DNA of 63,989 bases, filler included, from Dimargaris cristalligena (lineage: Eukaryota), in assembly GCA_003614675.1 (NCBI GenBank). It is 3 parts of 3 records of this genome, joined end to end, with 100 filler letters (N's around TTAATTAATTAA, not from the genome) between each part and the next. Parts side by side here need not be neighbours in the genome. Positions count along the whole stretch, not along the records: positions 42,947 to 63,989 come from ML002676.1; 2 more parts are not named here. One strand, given 5' to 3'. Below the pieces are notes generated by a model. That model did no database searches. It had not been told where the DNA came from and saw only the letters and a program-made list of their open reading frames with translations. Both the position numbers and the translations under genes were made by a program. Shown here one piece after another: positions 52,474 through 63,989 of the stretch; position 1 is the stretch's first letter; each line of letters opens with the position of its first letter.

Positions 52474-54099
52474 CTAATGCATGGTGGGCATGTTCACGCT
52501 GGCCCGAGTTTCACCGGCATCTTCGGCCCGCCACAGACTGGTGACCGTCTTAATGCCCGTGTAAAAGTTAATGCCGTTCCGCCCGTAGAAGTTAATATCC
52601 CCGAGGAAGGAGCCCCGCGAGCCGGTGAACGAGAACATGGGCAGGGGTACGGGAATGGGCACGTTGATACCGATTTGGCCGACATCGACCTCGTGCTGGA
52701 ATTTACGCGCGGTGGCGCCCGAGCGGGTGAAGATGGCCGTACCGTTGCCGTAGCGGTTCTGGTTGACCAGGGCGATGGCCTCGTCCAAAGTATCGACTTC
52801 GAGGCACACCAGCACGGGACCGAAGATTTCCTCCTGGTAGCATTTCATGTGGGGCTTGACCCCGGTGAGAATCGTGGGCCCAATGAAGTTGCCCTTTTCG
52901 AGCCCCGCCGCCACCGTGACTTGGCGTCCGTCGAGCAGCAGCTCGGCCCCTTCGTCCACCCCCGACTGGATCAAGGAGTGGATACGTTGCAGGGCCTGGG
53001 GGGAAATCACGGGCCCGACGTCCGTCTGGGCGTCGAACCCACTCCCCACCTTGAGCTCCTGGGCGCGGGCCAGAATATCCGGGATCCACTCACGGCTGGA
53101 TCCCACAAAAACAACGGTTGACAGGGCCATACAGCGCTGGCCCGCGGCACCAAACGCCGCCCCGGTCAACTGGTTCAGGGTGTGGTTCCGGTCGGCATCG
53201 GGCATGATGATGCCGTGGTTCTTGGCCCCCAGATTGGCCTGCACCCGCTTGCCGTTGCGGGTCCCGCGCTCGTAAATGTGTTTACCGGCGTGGTCAGATC
53301 CCACGAAACTAATGGCCCGGACACTGGGGTGGTCGCAGAGGAAATTGACCGTGTCCACCGCCCCGTGGACCACGTTCAATACCCCCGCGGGTAGCCCCGC
53401 CTCCGCCGCCAAGCGGGCCAGGATTTGCGTGGCCCCAGGGTCCCGCTCCGAGGGCTTAATCAAGCTGGTGTTGCCGCAGACGGTGGCGATGGGGAACATC
53501 CACAGGGGGATCATGGCCGGGAAGTTAAAGGGACAAATACCCGCGGTGACCCCCAGCGGTTCCCGGATGGTGTAGGTGTCCATATCCTTGGCCACCGCCA
53601 GCATCTGGCCCATGGTGAAATCGGTGATCCCGCAGGCGGCCTCCACCACCTGCAGGCCCCGCAGCACATCGCCCTGGGCGTCGGCGAAGGTCTTGCCCTG
53701 TTCGGTGACAATACTTTTGGCGATGGTGTCCATATTGGCCCGAATAAGGGCCTGGTATTCCAGCATGACGCGTTGCCGGGTCAGGATGGACGTTTTGCGC
53801 CAGGTTTGGAAAGCGGCGGCGGACGACCGGGCGGCCTCCTCCAGTTCGTCGGGAGTGGCCTGCGGAACGAGACTGACGACCTCTTGGGTGGCCGGGTTGC
53901 GCACTTCAATCCAGTCCTTGGTCCGGGACTCGATAAACTCGCCGTTGATGTAGAGCGGGGCCTTGGTCGGGGTAGCGCCGGGGACCGAGGTGGCAAGGGC
54001 GCGGGCGCCGGTGCGAAGGAGACGGCCGGCCAGGGTGGTCGTGGGGGTCACCCGCGAACCAGCGGCCAGCAAGGAAAACTTGGAGCTAAGGGCAGACAT
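52474..54099 (-). CDS. ALDH6A1: Methylmalonate-semialdehyde dehydrogenase [acylating], mitochondrial
   Basis: Arg/Ser-rich presequence; [88 protein letters not shown]; ends VNMPTMH. Confidence 0.97.
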   Translation of the reverse strand: MSALSSKFSLLAAGSRVTPTTTLAGRLLRTGARALATSVPGATPTKAPLYINGEFIESRTKDWIEVRNPATQEVVSLVPQATPDELEEAARSSAAAFQTWRKTSILTRQRVMLEYQALIRANMDTIAKSIVTEQGKTFADAQGDVLRGLQVVEAACGITDFTMGQMLAVAKDMDTYTIREPLGVTAGICPFNFPAMIPLWMFPIATVCGNTSLIKPSERDPGATQILARLAAEAGLPAGVLNVVHGAVDTVNFLCDHPSVRAISFVGSDHAGKHIYERGTRNGKRVQANLGAKNHGIIMPDADRNHTLNQLTGAAFGAAGQRCMALSTVVFVGSSREWIPDILARAQELKVGSGFDAQTDVGPVISPQALQRIHSLIQSGVDEGAELLLDGRQVTVAAGLEKGNFIGPTILTGVKPHMKCYQEEIFGPVLVCLEVDTLDEAIALVNQNRYGNGTAIFTRSGATARKFQHEVDVGQIGINVPIPVPLPMFSFTGSRGSFLGDINFYGRNGINFYTGIKTVTSLWRAEDAGETRASVNMPTMH

Positions 54100-56892
54100 G
54101 GGGGGGGATAAAGTTGTGTTGGAGAGGAATAATAATAATAATAATAATATGAAAAACAGTAAGGGTGAAATGGAAAGAGAGAGATGGTGCAAGTAAGGTT
54201 AAAGAGGTGAGCGAATGCGCCGGCCAGGGAAAGAGTCTGCTGTGCTTATTCTATACTGTGACGGCTTTTTGGAAGGAACGTCCTCTCTACCTATATCTAT
54301 GGGCTGAGTCAGTGGGAATTTTACCCATCTTCCCCATACATGTAAACCCCCCCCTCTGCTTTACCGTATGGGAGAGTGGTTGATTTGCCTAGCCTTACAG
54401 GAGGCCTGGGAACAGCGTGACTTGTTTTGGATGACCAATATGGTCCTTGGAGCGCCCGTTGCCTTCTTCGAGCCGCGACTGCTTTACCTCTTTTAATTCG
54501 CTTTCAGTCGATAAATTTACCTGCACACGGGTCTAGTGATTAAACCAACTATACTCACTCATTGGCGGCCCCTTTCCCTTATCCTTCACCGAATTCGCCA
54601 ACGCAACGGTAAGGGCAAATAAACTATATACCCGCCTGATTGTATACGGACGGGCCAATGCATACACTTCCCTAGAGGGGCGAGACCTGGCCTGTTCAGC
54701 CGGTTTATACGGCCTGGGCTATTTATGTCGTCGGGGCGGCCGGCCTATTAATTGGTGGACTTCCTAAACGGATCATCAGGTGGTGGGGTGGTTCGCAGAC
54801 CCCCCCTCATTTATTGGACGAACTTTGGATCCTAACGACCACGAGAAATAGGGGCAGTCACAGGTACCCTCCCCCCACCACCTAAAACTAAAAACCCCCA
54901 ACAGTATCCAACGCTGTCACTGTATCAGTGCTTAAATGTCTATTGGCACGCTTGATCGTTTCTGCGTCTGACCCCAACCCTCCTATTACTTGTCATTGGG
55001 TACAAAAAAATAGTGCAACACTGGTTGACTGTGGCGGCCTTGTCACTCACTATTGAATATTCAATGCCTCAGCAGCTCGATTATAGTAAATGGTTGTCTG
55101 AACGAAGTAGACGAGAAAAATAGAACCGATACCCACCAATTCCAACATCCGTGTAAATGGAAGGAAGACTAGGCGTATTATACCTTAACCCTTAATCACC
55201 TTCCCGGTTCGACCAGCTTTACGAGGAAATTTCTACAAGCCGCCGCCGGCCCCTGTAGTAGCTACAGGATGTCTGGGCCAATTGTCGTTCTTTCATGTTG
55301 GCGAAGCGAGGAAGAACCACAGGCCGCAGTAGAGGCATAGTACATTGGGGGCAGTCTAATTATTAGGCGAACCCCCCCCCTTCTGTCGGGGCTGTCAATG
55401 GTTGATTTATAGTGGTCGACCATAGACCACTGCAGGGGGGAAGGGGGATTCGCTATGTGCATCCGAGGATCGAGAACTCCGCCCTTCGCTCGCGCGCTCC
55501 TTTGGGTCTTCTATTAATATGTACCAATGACCACGGTTCTCGCTCCGACATAATTTAGCCCTCGCCCCTCCCTTTTCCTCTAACTCCTATTCCAAGATAT
55601 AGTTGGTCACCTTTCCCTTTATTTTAGCTGTTCATCATCGAGCCCATCCTCTATTACAATGCCATCCTTCCTCTTGGTTTCCGCTTCCCGAACCACTCGA
55701 CCTCCCCCGCCCATCTTGCACTCGATGGCTATCGGTTCTTATTATTGACCACCTCATGCTTACCTACCAGCTTATCTACTCCAAATATGAACTTCTCCCC
55801 CCCCCATGCGTGGAGTACGCCCCCAATAATTCATATTTAAGCCCCGATATCCGCCTCCTTCAGTTTGGGTGGTTTAAAAGCACCACCATCGTCTCGCAAC
55901 TCCCACTTTGGTATGTTAGTCCTGTTCATATTATACTGGTAGGTCATAGTCGCCACTATTTTAATCGGGCCTTATACTATTGATCTGGAAGTGGTTGCTC
56001 GCCCCTTTGACATCGCGCTTACATGTGGGTAAATTGAACCGTGCACCTTTCCATGCCCAGTTCTAACACACCTCGTTCTATTGGTTCGTATTCTCCATTT
56101 TACATTGGCATTTATATGTGTATAGATTTAATTTATATCTACGTCTATTCTACAACTTTGCAATTGACGGACCATGCTATTATGAGTATGGCTGGAGCAC
56201 GTCGCCGACTCGACCGGTCACCATTTCTTCGCCTTCTGATACGCATTCATCCCGCCGTCCACCTGGATTAGGCCCGGCCACACGCTCTACTCAGCAACAG
56301 CCTAAGTCATTGTTATTAGATACTGGGAGATATATGTATATAATAATATTTAGAGCGCTGGATCTAACCACTGAGAGTGGCTTAGATATAATTCGCAAAT
56401 GAAGGGCGGTTGGAATGAGGAGAGTCAATTGATCACGTGCCCTTTCTGATATCTGGGTGAATTACTTTATTCTTGTTCCAATTGAAATAATTTGACTAGG
56501 CTTGTTCGCATTCACCTGGGCCAGTCTATTCTTGGGATCGCCGCCGCCGGCTCACTGGGAGCGTCAATCTTCTGGTGTTCTATAGAAATGCACAACGGAT
56601 AAGCCCACCTACCGGATCAAAGGGACCAGCGTAATCTTCGTGACTAAAGCTAACCCATCGGAATGATGCGGGGCTGACATGACCCGGGGTTGGCCGAACC
56701 ACGTCGTTAAACGCATAGGAATAGGGTTCCACACTAACATCAGCGGTAAGAATCTATTATCCGACTCTTCCTTTTAATACTTCACCCCTTCCGGGCGTTT
56801 GTATGTCATCCCTTTGACCTGCCTTACTGCGAAAAGCGGGCCATGGACAGTTGACCCTGGCGTATGATAAACCACACGGGCCCTTCCTATTT

Positions 56893-57036
56893 ATATGGGT
56901 GAAATTCAGCCCAGCAATATAAGGGTTTACATTATATGTGTATGGGAGAATATATGGGAAATGTATTTTTAGATAGTAATATTGGCCTTACCTAATGGAT
57001 TTTTCGTTATATAGCTTAGATGAACTTCTTCCATAT
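56893..57036 (-). mobile_element. MITE-like ~144-bp unit upstream of cytochrome c
   Basis: ATATGGGTGAAATTCAGCCCAGCAATATAA...TTATATAGCTTAGATGAACTTCTTCCATAT; colinear with 19620-19761. Confidence 0.85.
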
Positions 57037-57624
57037 CTTCCCCAACAAAGCGCTTCTCGATATTTCAAAGCCACACCAGCCTTCGGCCCGTTTTCTAGTT
57101 GCTGGGGTGGGAGAGTACCACCATAGCATACCCCAGCCGGACACAAGTGGCGGACCAGCTGGATATACTTAGTTGTCGGACGCGTGGCTAAATGGTTGGC
57201 AAATAAGCGGGAGGAAAGGCGATGGGTGTGGGTTGATGATAAGGCGGTTCTTTATGCGCATGCATATCACTGCTATTAGTGAGGGATAACGATCGCGCAT
57301 ACTTCTTGATCCCCTGGACCGCCCAACCCACATTTACCCCAACCGCGCGCCTAGAGTCTAGTGGACCAAAGATAAGGCCGGGTTTTTTTATGCCACCCAA
57401 TGAGCGCCCCCTTTCCACCTTCTCTGACCATTGACACGTTTCACCTTCAATATATTTGGCCCCTTCCCCACCCATTTGGTCTTGTCTCTTTACCTTTTGT
57501 CACTTCGTTTTATTTTCTTGTAAAAAATTGTTTCTGTGAATTCTCTTCCCGAAAACCCCGTTGTGTTGAGATCCTTCCTCTTATTTAACGACCTCTCCCC
57601 TCTTTCTACCTTCCATCTCTCACC

Positions 57625-57951
57625 ATGTCCATGCCTGCTGGTAACGTCGATAACGGCGCTAAGCTGTTCAAGACCCGTTGCGCTTCCTGCCACACCGTCG
57701 AGGAGGGTGGTGCCCACAAGGTCGGCCCCAACCTGTTCCAGTTGTTCGGCCGTAAGTCCGGTACCGCCGAGGGCTACAGCTTCACTGCCGCCAACGTGAA
57801 GAAGAACGTCACCTGGGATGACGAGACTCTGTTCGAGTACCTCGAAAACCCCAAGAAGTACATTCCCGGCACCAAAATGGCCTTCGCTGGTTTCAAGAAG
57901 CCCAAGGAGCGCGCCGATGTCATTGCTTACCTGAAGACCGCTACCGCTTAA
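57625..57951 (+). CDS. CYC1: Cytochrome c
   Basis: CASCH heme motif, [23 protein letters not shown]; strong codon bias. Confidence 0.98.
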   Translation: MSMPAGNVDNGAKLFKTRCASCHTVEEGGAHKVGPNLFQLFGRKSGTAEGYSFTAANVKKNVTWDDETLFEYLENPKKYIPGTKMAFAGFKKPKERADVIAYLKTATA

Positions 57952-59074
57952 TTCTCCTCCACCTTTCTCTGCTCGTGTCTTACCGTTGCTTCTTTTTGTT
58001 GCGGAGCGTTATCGATCGCGTCGAGATCAGACCAGGAGAGTTGTCCAGGGGGCGGATCTGTGTAGTTCAGCCACTCCTCGATCTGGTGTTGTGCCGCCCT
58101 TCTCTCCGCCCAAGCCCCCTAAAATCAAATAAATTAGACCTATTATTATGTGATCGTCCTGGCCCGTTTCTGTTATCAATATCTCTCTTCCCCCCCCCCC
58201 CAACCCGCTTATGTAGGAGAATACACCTGGCCTGTCTCTTCTTCCCTCCTGGTGGCTGATGGGGTTGTCCTGATGATGCTTTGAGTCCTACATTGGGGTT
58301 GTGATACACGCTTGGTTTTGCATTCCCCGGCTGCCTTGTTTTGATTCCCAGCCATTGTAACCCCCTCCCCATATTTACGGATCAAATCACTGGAAATACA
58401 TACATAATGCCATATTTATATATCCAAAGACGGCGGGTATATATTGGCTTTGGTTTAGCCGTCAATGTCGCCGAAGATCCTTGATATTTCTCTGGAATGG
58501 GGAAATCCTCAAGTTTTTCAAAACACTCCAATAATACCGCGTTGACTACTCAGGATTGAATATGAGCCACAGGAGAACCGCCACTGATTGGTCCTGCCAT
58601 TGTGTGGCGGGGCAGGCTAAGGCCCTTAATTATTTGCTTAGTGGCTAGAATATTCCGTCAAGTAAAGAATAGTGTAATACCAATTAATGGACTCATGAAT
58701 GATTTTTAGCAATGACCCTAGAGTGTGTTCCATGTGCCTAAGGGGAGGAGGGAGAAGACTTTTCTCCATAAGGAGTTCTTTTCATTATTACTCGTTGAAG
58801 TATAATAATATCCCCTTCAAAAAAGTATGGCCCAAAGGTGGATTTGGCGTGTAAAGTCGTTCGCCAGAATCCACACGAATTTTATTTTTCACCTCGAGAG
58901 GCACTTTGAATCCACTATTACAAACCCCCCACTTTCCAAATAGCAACTAGGTTTTTTCTGTACATTTGATCATCCCATCCTGTACCATATATCCCTTTAA
59001 TTAACTTCTTCCATTTGATTTCCCATCCACCTTTACACAATTGTCCTTATTGACTGTAGCTATATTTTTTCACC

Positions 59075-59899
59075 ATGGACATGCAAAATCGCGTGGGCTC
59101 GAAGCCCGGGTCGGGCGGTGTGGCCGGGGGTTCCGAATCCAATGTAGCCCGCCGGGAACGTCTCCGCCAATTGGCCCTCGAAACCATCGATCTCGCCAAA
59201 GACCCCTACTTCATGCGCAACCATCTCGGCTCGTACGAATGCAAGCTGTGTCTCACGCTTCACACCAACGAGGGCAGCTACCTGGCGCATACCCAGGGTA
59301 AGAAACACCAAACCAATCTGGCCCGGCGGGCGGCCCGGGAGGCCAAAGAGTCAAACCACCAGAAAGTGGACTGGAGTACCATTCGCCGGCCCCGCGCGGG
59401 ACCCGACGTCCCGAGTTCCGCCACCACGGGTCCCGACGGTAAACCCCGGCGATCCGTCATCAAAGTCGGTCGACCGGGTTATGAAGTCACGCAAATCTAT
59501 GACCCCGTCACCCGGCAGCGGGGCATTCTGTTCCATATTTTGTACCCGGAAATCGGTCTGGACGTGGTCCCCCGCCATCGGTTCATGTCAGCGTTCGAAC
59601 AGCACGTGGAGGAACCGAACAAAGACTACCAGTACGTGGTGTTCGCCGCCGAGCCGTACTATACCATCGCGTTTAAAGTGCCCAGTCGGGAGGTCGATAA
59701 ACAGGGCGACCGGTTCTTTACCTACTGGGATCCGGATCTGAAGAAATTTACCCTCCAGTTCCAGTTTAAGAACGAGCGAACTTTGCCGTCCGGACGGCCG
59801 GGTCATTTCCGGCAACACGATAAACAGGGGAGTGGCGCAGTAAATCCACTGAACCCTTACCAGGCGCCGTCTATCCAGCCGACTTATATCAACAAATAA
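59075..59899 (+). CDS. SF3A2: Splicing factor 3a subunit 2 (SF3a66/Prp11)
   Basis: MDMQNRVGSKPGSGG, RRERLRQLALETIDLAKDPYFMRNHLGSYECKLCLTLHTNEGSYLAHTQGKKHQTNL, PRHRFMSAFEQ, AAEPY..IAFKVPSREVD. Confidence 0.98.
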   Translation: MDMQNRVGSKPGSGGVAGGSESNVARRERLRQLALETIDLAKDPYFMRNHLGSYECKLCLTLHTNEGSYLAHTQGKKHQTNLARRAAREAKESNHQKVDWSTIRRPRAGPDVPSSATTGPDGKPRRSVIKVGRPGYEVTQIYDPVTRQRGILFHILYPEIGLDVVPRHRFMSAFEQHVEEPNKDYQYVVFAAEPYYTIAFKVPSREVDKQGDRFFTYWDPDLKKFTLQFQFKNERTLPSGRPGHFRQHDKQGSGAVNPLNPYQAPSIQPTYINK

Positions 59900-60013
59900 T
59901 GTGATTTTACTATTTTTTATTATTACTAAAAGAATGGCACTAGTTGACTCGCTTGTTAGCGTTGGGCAATTCGGCCCTGTATCGTTATACCCACATCTCA
60001 GTCTACCTAATAA

Positions 60014-60118
60014 ATATGGGTGAAATACAGCTCAACTGCACGATACTTTAAATGAATTAGGGGTAGGGGGAAGTTGGCGGGATACTTATTTTAAACCAAA
60101 AGTACCTCTCATCAAATG
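60014..60118 (-). mobile_element. Degenerate MITE-like copy
   Basis: ATATGGGTGAAATACAGCTCAACTGCAC...TTTAAACCA...CTCATCAAATG matches the first ~105 bp of 19620-19761. Confidence 0.55.
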
Positions 60119-62123
60119 TTACTTCTGCGGGCATGGCAACTCCCAAGACATTGTTATATTGTCAGTGGTTAAATAGGTATTGCTGCTTGGTGCAGGAAGG
60201 TTCAAGGTTTAATATTATATAACCCATTATGTTCGCAAATAGCGACGAAGATATCCTTCCAAATCTTTTCTATGGGAATGAGAATGTATTACCGTCCTAT
60301 TTTGCCCATTTATATTTCCTTCGCAGTTATCATTTAAGTTCCAGTTTCCATTCTCCATTTATCATATATCGTCTGAATTCGTCACCAGTTCCAACAGGAT
60401 GAACAATATGGTGTGATGTTTTCGAATAGCCGAATGCCGCCGATAGACCTTCATACCTGAGTTTGGACCAGCGAACAGTTCTAGTTTAACCATAACCCCT
60501 AAAAATTAGAAAACTATTTAAACCCGATGTTTAATTGGTTAGAAATATATATAGTCAAGTGCAATCATTATTTTTATCATCCGCTTTATTACCTATCTCC
60601 AATATTATTTCAATTTCCTATAGTTATCTTGTCTATCAATAAATATAAAACCCTATAATGCCCGAGAATGTACCAACATCCTCACATTCTTCCGCCAGTA
60701 CCTCAGACGTCTCCACTTACCCTCACCGCTAGACCAAGTCCGATCATGGAAACGAACCCACCGGCGGGTACTCCGGCCATTGCGTCCCATGACGTAACGA
60801 TCACGACAGCCCCATCCGGGTCACTGGGTCTCGCCGCTACACAAGTGGGTCATTTTCCCTAATCTAAACTTTCTTCCAACCTCATCCATGGCCAAGATTC
60901 CAAAACGTCTCAAATTAATCAATGCATTGGCTATTAAAAATGTACAAGCCGAAGACGCTGAAAACTAGTACAGAGAAGAGCCAATTCCCACAGTAGCTAA
61001 CCTCAGGTTTCATTCTTTGTGGGATAATTCTGTTATAGCAAATCACACATACCAACTTGCAACAGCTGTCACCACCACTGGCTATATCACCAGATCAATC
61101 ACTCTAGAGAAAACCGGTCATTATACTAATCTTCCCTAGGCAGGCATTAAATGATTGATGAACCTACTGCTTTTGAATTTCGCGAACTAAAATCCCCCAT
61201 CACGATACCGAATTAGTCCGTCACATTATATCAACTGGTGTCAGGTTGGGGGGTATTACAACTCATTTACGCACTGGAAATCACTTTGCGTCGCTTTCGG
61301 AACTGGTTAAGGGGTTCAAGTATCCGCACGGGGACTATAACAACCCCCCAATCTGGCCATCCGAGCCTGCTGTTTGGTCTTTTTTTTTTTTTGAAACAGC
61401 CCACCGTAAAGTAAATGTTTCAATTTGACATGATATTACCATTATACTAGACTTGGTGCATATGACCAGTTGGCAACAGGAATACCATTTGCCGATGACT
61501 AAGTGCCGTATACGGTTTTTCAAAACTAAAATTTATTGGTAATATTGTTATTTACCCCTGGTTGCAGAGTAACCTGCCCAATTAATACCAGCTCAATTAC
61601 CTTAGTTGCTACCCAATTGGGTATGTGTTTATTATGGGAATCATATACCAGCCTTCCCAGTTAGCATTTAAAGGTCTACTCTGCCCACCTTTACTACTGG
61701 CCCGCGACTCTCTTAAATCACACCAGGGTCTTCCGAGCACATGCAAATAAAGTGTGAATGTGTCAGCGAGTGTATATACTAATGGCAAATATTAAATATC
61801 TAATGTGGCGTTTTATTGAAGCATATAATAGTAGGGATTAGTATTGTTAGACAGGCGAATATAATGAGCGGGTTCAAGTTAGGATGTATAGCGTAAATGA
61901 TAGAATGAAGGAAGATAGGAGCGGTAGGAACACTAGTAGACTAAGGGGGTAGCGGATTCCTGGAAGAACTCTCTTTATATAGTCGGATTAAATTTAATCG
62001 CGTAGATGTAAGAATACTGGCCAGTACGCGTGTCAGCCAGCTGGCTTGGGACCTGCCGATGGCCTTGTAATTCAGTGAATTTCGTATAATAGCCTCACTA
62101 CCACGTATAGGAGAGTTCGTCAT

Positions 62124-62430
62124 TCATTGATTGCCGGACCCCTGGCTATTTGGACCCCCGGCCCCATCGCCATCTGGCGGGGATACTGTTGGGTCACAAT
62201 TGGCAGGGCTAGCATCAGCCAGCGGGGTGGAGTTTACATTTACCTCATCCACCAGGATAGGAGTAACAGTATGTATGTAGCGACTGGGCAAATAGTAGCA
62301 AGCCAAGAGGTGTGTGTGTGTGTGTTCCTGCCATATATGTGGAGGGTCTTTACCCTGGTCCGGTCTGGGGGTAGGGCCAGTATCTCGCTGCCAATGGCCA
62401 GGGAGTAAGCACATAGCAGCAGGTTTTGTG
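62124..62430 (-). pseudogene. Possible degenerate retrotransposon gag end (broken CCHC zinc knuckle)
   Basis: The minus strand reads TGC TAT G TGC TTA CTC CCT GGC CAT TGG CAG CGA GAT, i.e. C-Y-(frameshift)-C-LLPG-H-WQRD. The ORF ends QGSGNQ* and abuts a CpG-depleted tract. Confidence 0.35.
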
Positions 62431-63870
62431 AGGGCATGGTAAGGTTAGTACTGTCAGTATTTCCAGGCCTTCCTTCATTGGAGAGCTGCTTGTCTGTGGG
62501 GAGCTCTACTCCATTCAAAGGCCTAGCACTCTACACTGCTTAGTCAATGTTAGGTGTCCTTATTGGTCCAGCTTTAATAATAGCTATTCACAGGGAAAAA
62601 GAGGGATGGTTGGTGGTATTGGATGGAAAGGGAAGCTATGCCACTGGGATCAGAAATTGGGCAAAGCAGAGGCTAGTCAAACCAAATTGATGGCTAATAG
62701 GTAAACATAAGAAGCGTCCCCAGGGAGCACTGGGTGGTGGCATCCTGGGTCCAGGAGATAAAGGGACCAGGGAAGAGCAACTGGTAAGCCATACTTTGGG
62801 GCTTGATTTTCTAACTGATGCAACCCAGCCCAGGTGGGAAGGCAGAGGGGCCCATTGTTGGTGCACTGTAGGGTTGATTGTTTCCTAGACCTAAGTGCAT
62901 TCTTGATCTAAACAGGGTGGGATATACAATATACAGAAAAAATAAGACAACATTAGTTAGAAACCATTATGCACTAAAATCCGAAAACATATTGGGAACA
63001 CACACTTGGTTATAGCAGCAATGAAAAAAAGAGCTGGCATAACAGCAAGGAAGCAAAGTGCTGCCACCCCAGTCCTCCTTTCACCTGCTCTTTCACCAAC
63101 TGCAGTATTGGTATTAATCATTCCAACAGCCAAATTACAGTGTGATGGTCAACAATGGAGAAGTAAAAAAAGGGTGAGGGGTTGCACTGGAGTGATAATA
63201 TCAACAATATGCATATATATAGATTCTAAACTTACTTTTTGTAAAACCCAATGGATGAGTTTTATGATAGGTGCCTTAGGATTAGCCATAGGGTAATCCC
63301 TACTGGGTTGATCCTTGCCCTTTATAAAGAAAATTGTTTTTGGCATCATTTTCAGTAGGTATATGGTAGTAAACTTATATTCAAAAACTTTTTTAGGGGG
63401 ACCATGTGTATTTATATATTCCCAGGGGTACACCACCTAGTCTGGCAAAAGTAGGTGTATTAGCCAGGGAATAGGGGTTTCCCTTATAAGAAAAAAATAA
63501 TTAATGAGGTCATTGGTGGAGGCAATTTTTAACATTGTCTGGTATGATAGTATTTCCAAGTTGGGGTTTCCTTGTATTGTTTCCTCCCTTTTAATTCAAT
63601 CTAATTCAATCACAAGTACCACTGAAATTGTGGTTTTATATATCCTAATAGCAGACCCCAACCTTTTCCTTGGAGATGGGGCAACTTTTTTACCAACAAT
63701 AGTACTTCCCACCCATTTGGGGAAGCATTCATTCCATGGATAATAATGCTTTTCCCTGAAGTAGCTAAGAACAATTCAGTGACTCCCATTTATTTTCCCT
63801 ACTAGTTAAAAATAAGGTACATGTGGTAAACTTACCACATTTTTTACCTACTTTTATTTTTAATCTATTT
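62400..63870. repeat. CpG-depleted, probably transposon-derived relic DNA
   Basis: By eye only about 1 CpG in ~1.45 kb; broken ORFs; lies at the window/contig end. Confidence 0.5.
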
Positions 63871-63989
63871 TTCGCACTTATCGGAAGTACGCCCCTGACG
63901 AGTGAATGAGCCCCTACCCCTGACGAATATAGTCATTTTTCCTCCATTTTCATTATTATATTGTTTTTTCTATTATTATATTTTATACC

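Noticed and set aside
55603-56402. Possible small multi-exon gene between MMSDH and cytochrome c
   Set aside because: Some splice-like signals (CAG|TTTGGG...TG|GTATGT), but no coherent model or recognisable motif.

Overview
Eukaryotic (fungal) genomic DNA with GT-AG introns. The gene content (augmin HAUS6, Fused-type kinase, class V/VII chitin synthase, Cys-rich CBM96-like secreted pair) suggests an early-diverging fungus, probably Zoopagomycota/Kickxellomycotina (inference). The window is three contigs of about 21 kb (1-21377, 21478-42846, 42947-63989) joined by artificial N44-TTAATTAATTAA-N44 linkers, so synteny across those joins is meaningless. Recognisable genes: a secreted Q/N-repeat protein, a prefoldin-alpha/UXT-like ORF, D-amino-acid oxidase, two tandem secreted CBM96-like paralogs, gamma-COP, a small GPI protein, a kinase-only Fused/STK36 head-to-head with HAUS6, Ap4A phosphorylase, Sec3, an XRN2/Rat1-like protein, a chitin synthase 3' end, a SAPS/PP6 regulator, methylmalonate-semialdehyde dehydrogenase, cytochrome c and SF3A2. 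Repeats: two related solo LTRs, a ~144-bp TIR (MITE-like) family with about 8 copies or fragments, and strongly CpG-depleted relic tracts. Most interesting: an intact XRN2-like ORF that has lost catalytic and 5'-phosphate-pocket residues (candidate pseudo-nuclease), the minimal Fused kinase/augmin pair, a Sec3 lacking its N-terminal domain, the MITE family occurring as inverted pairs, and a secreted protein caught mid-truncation.
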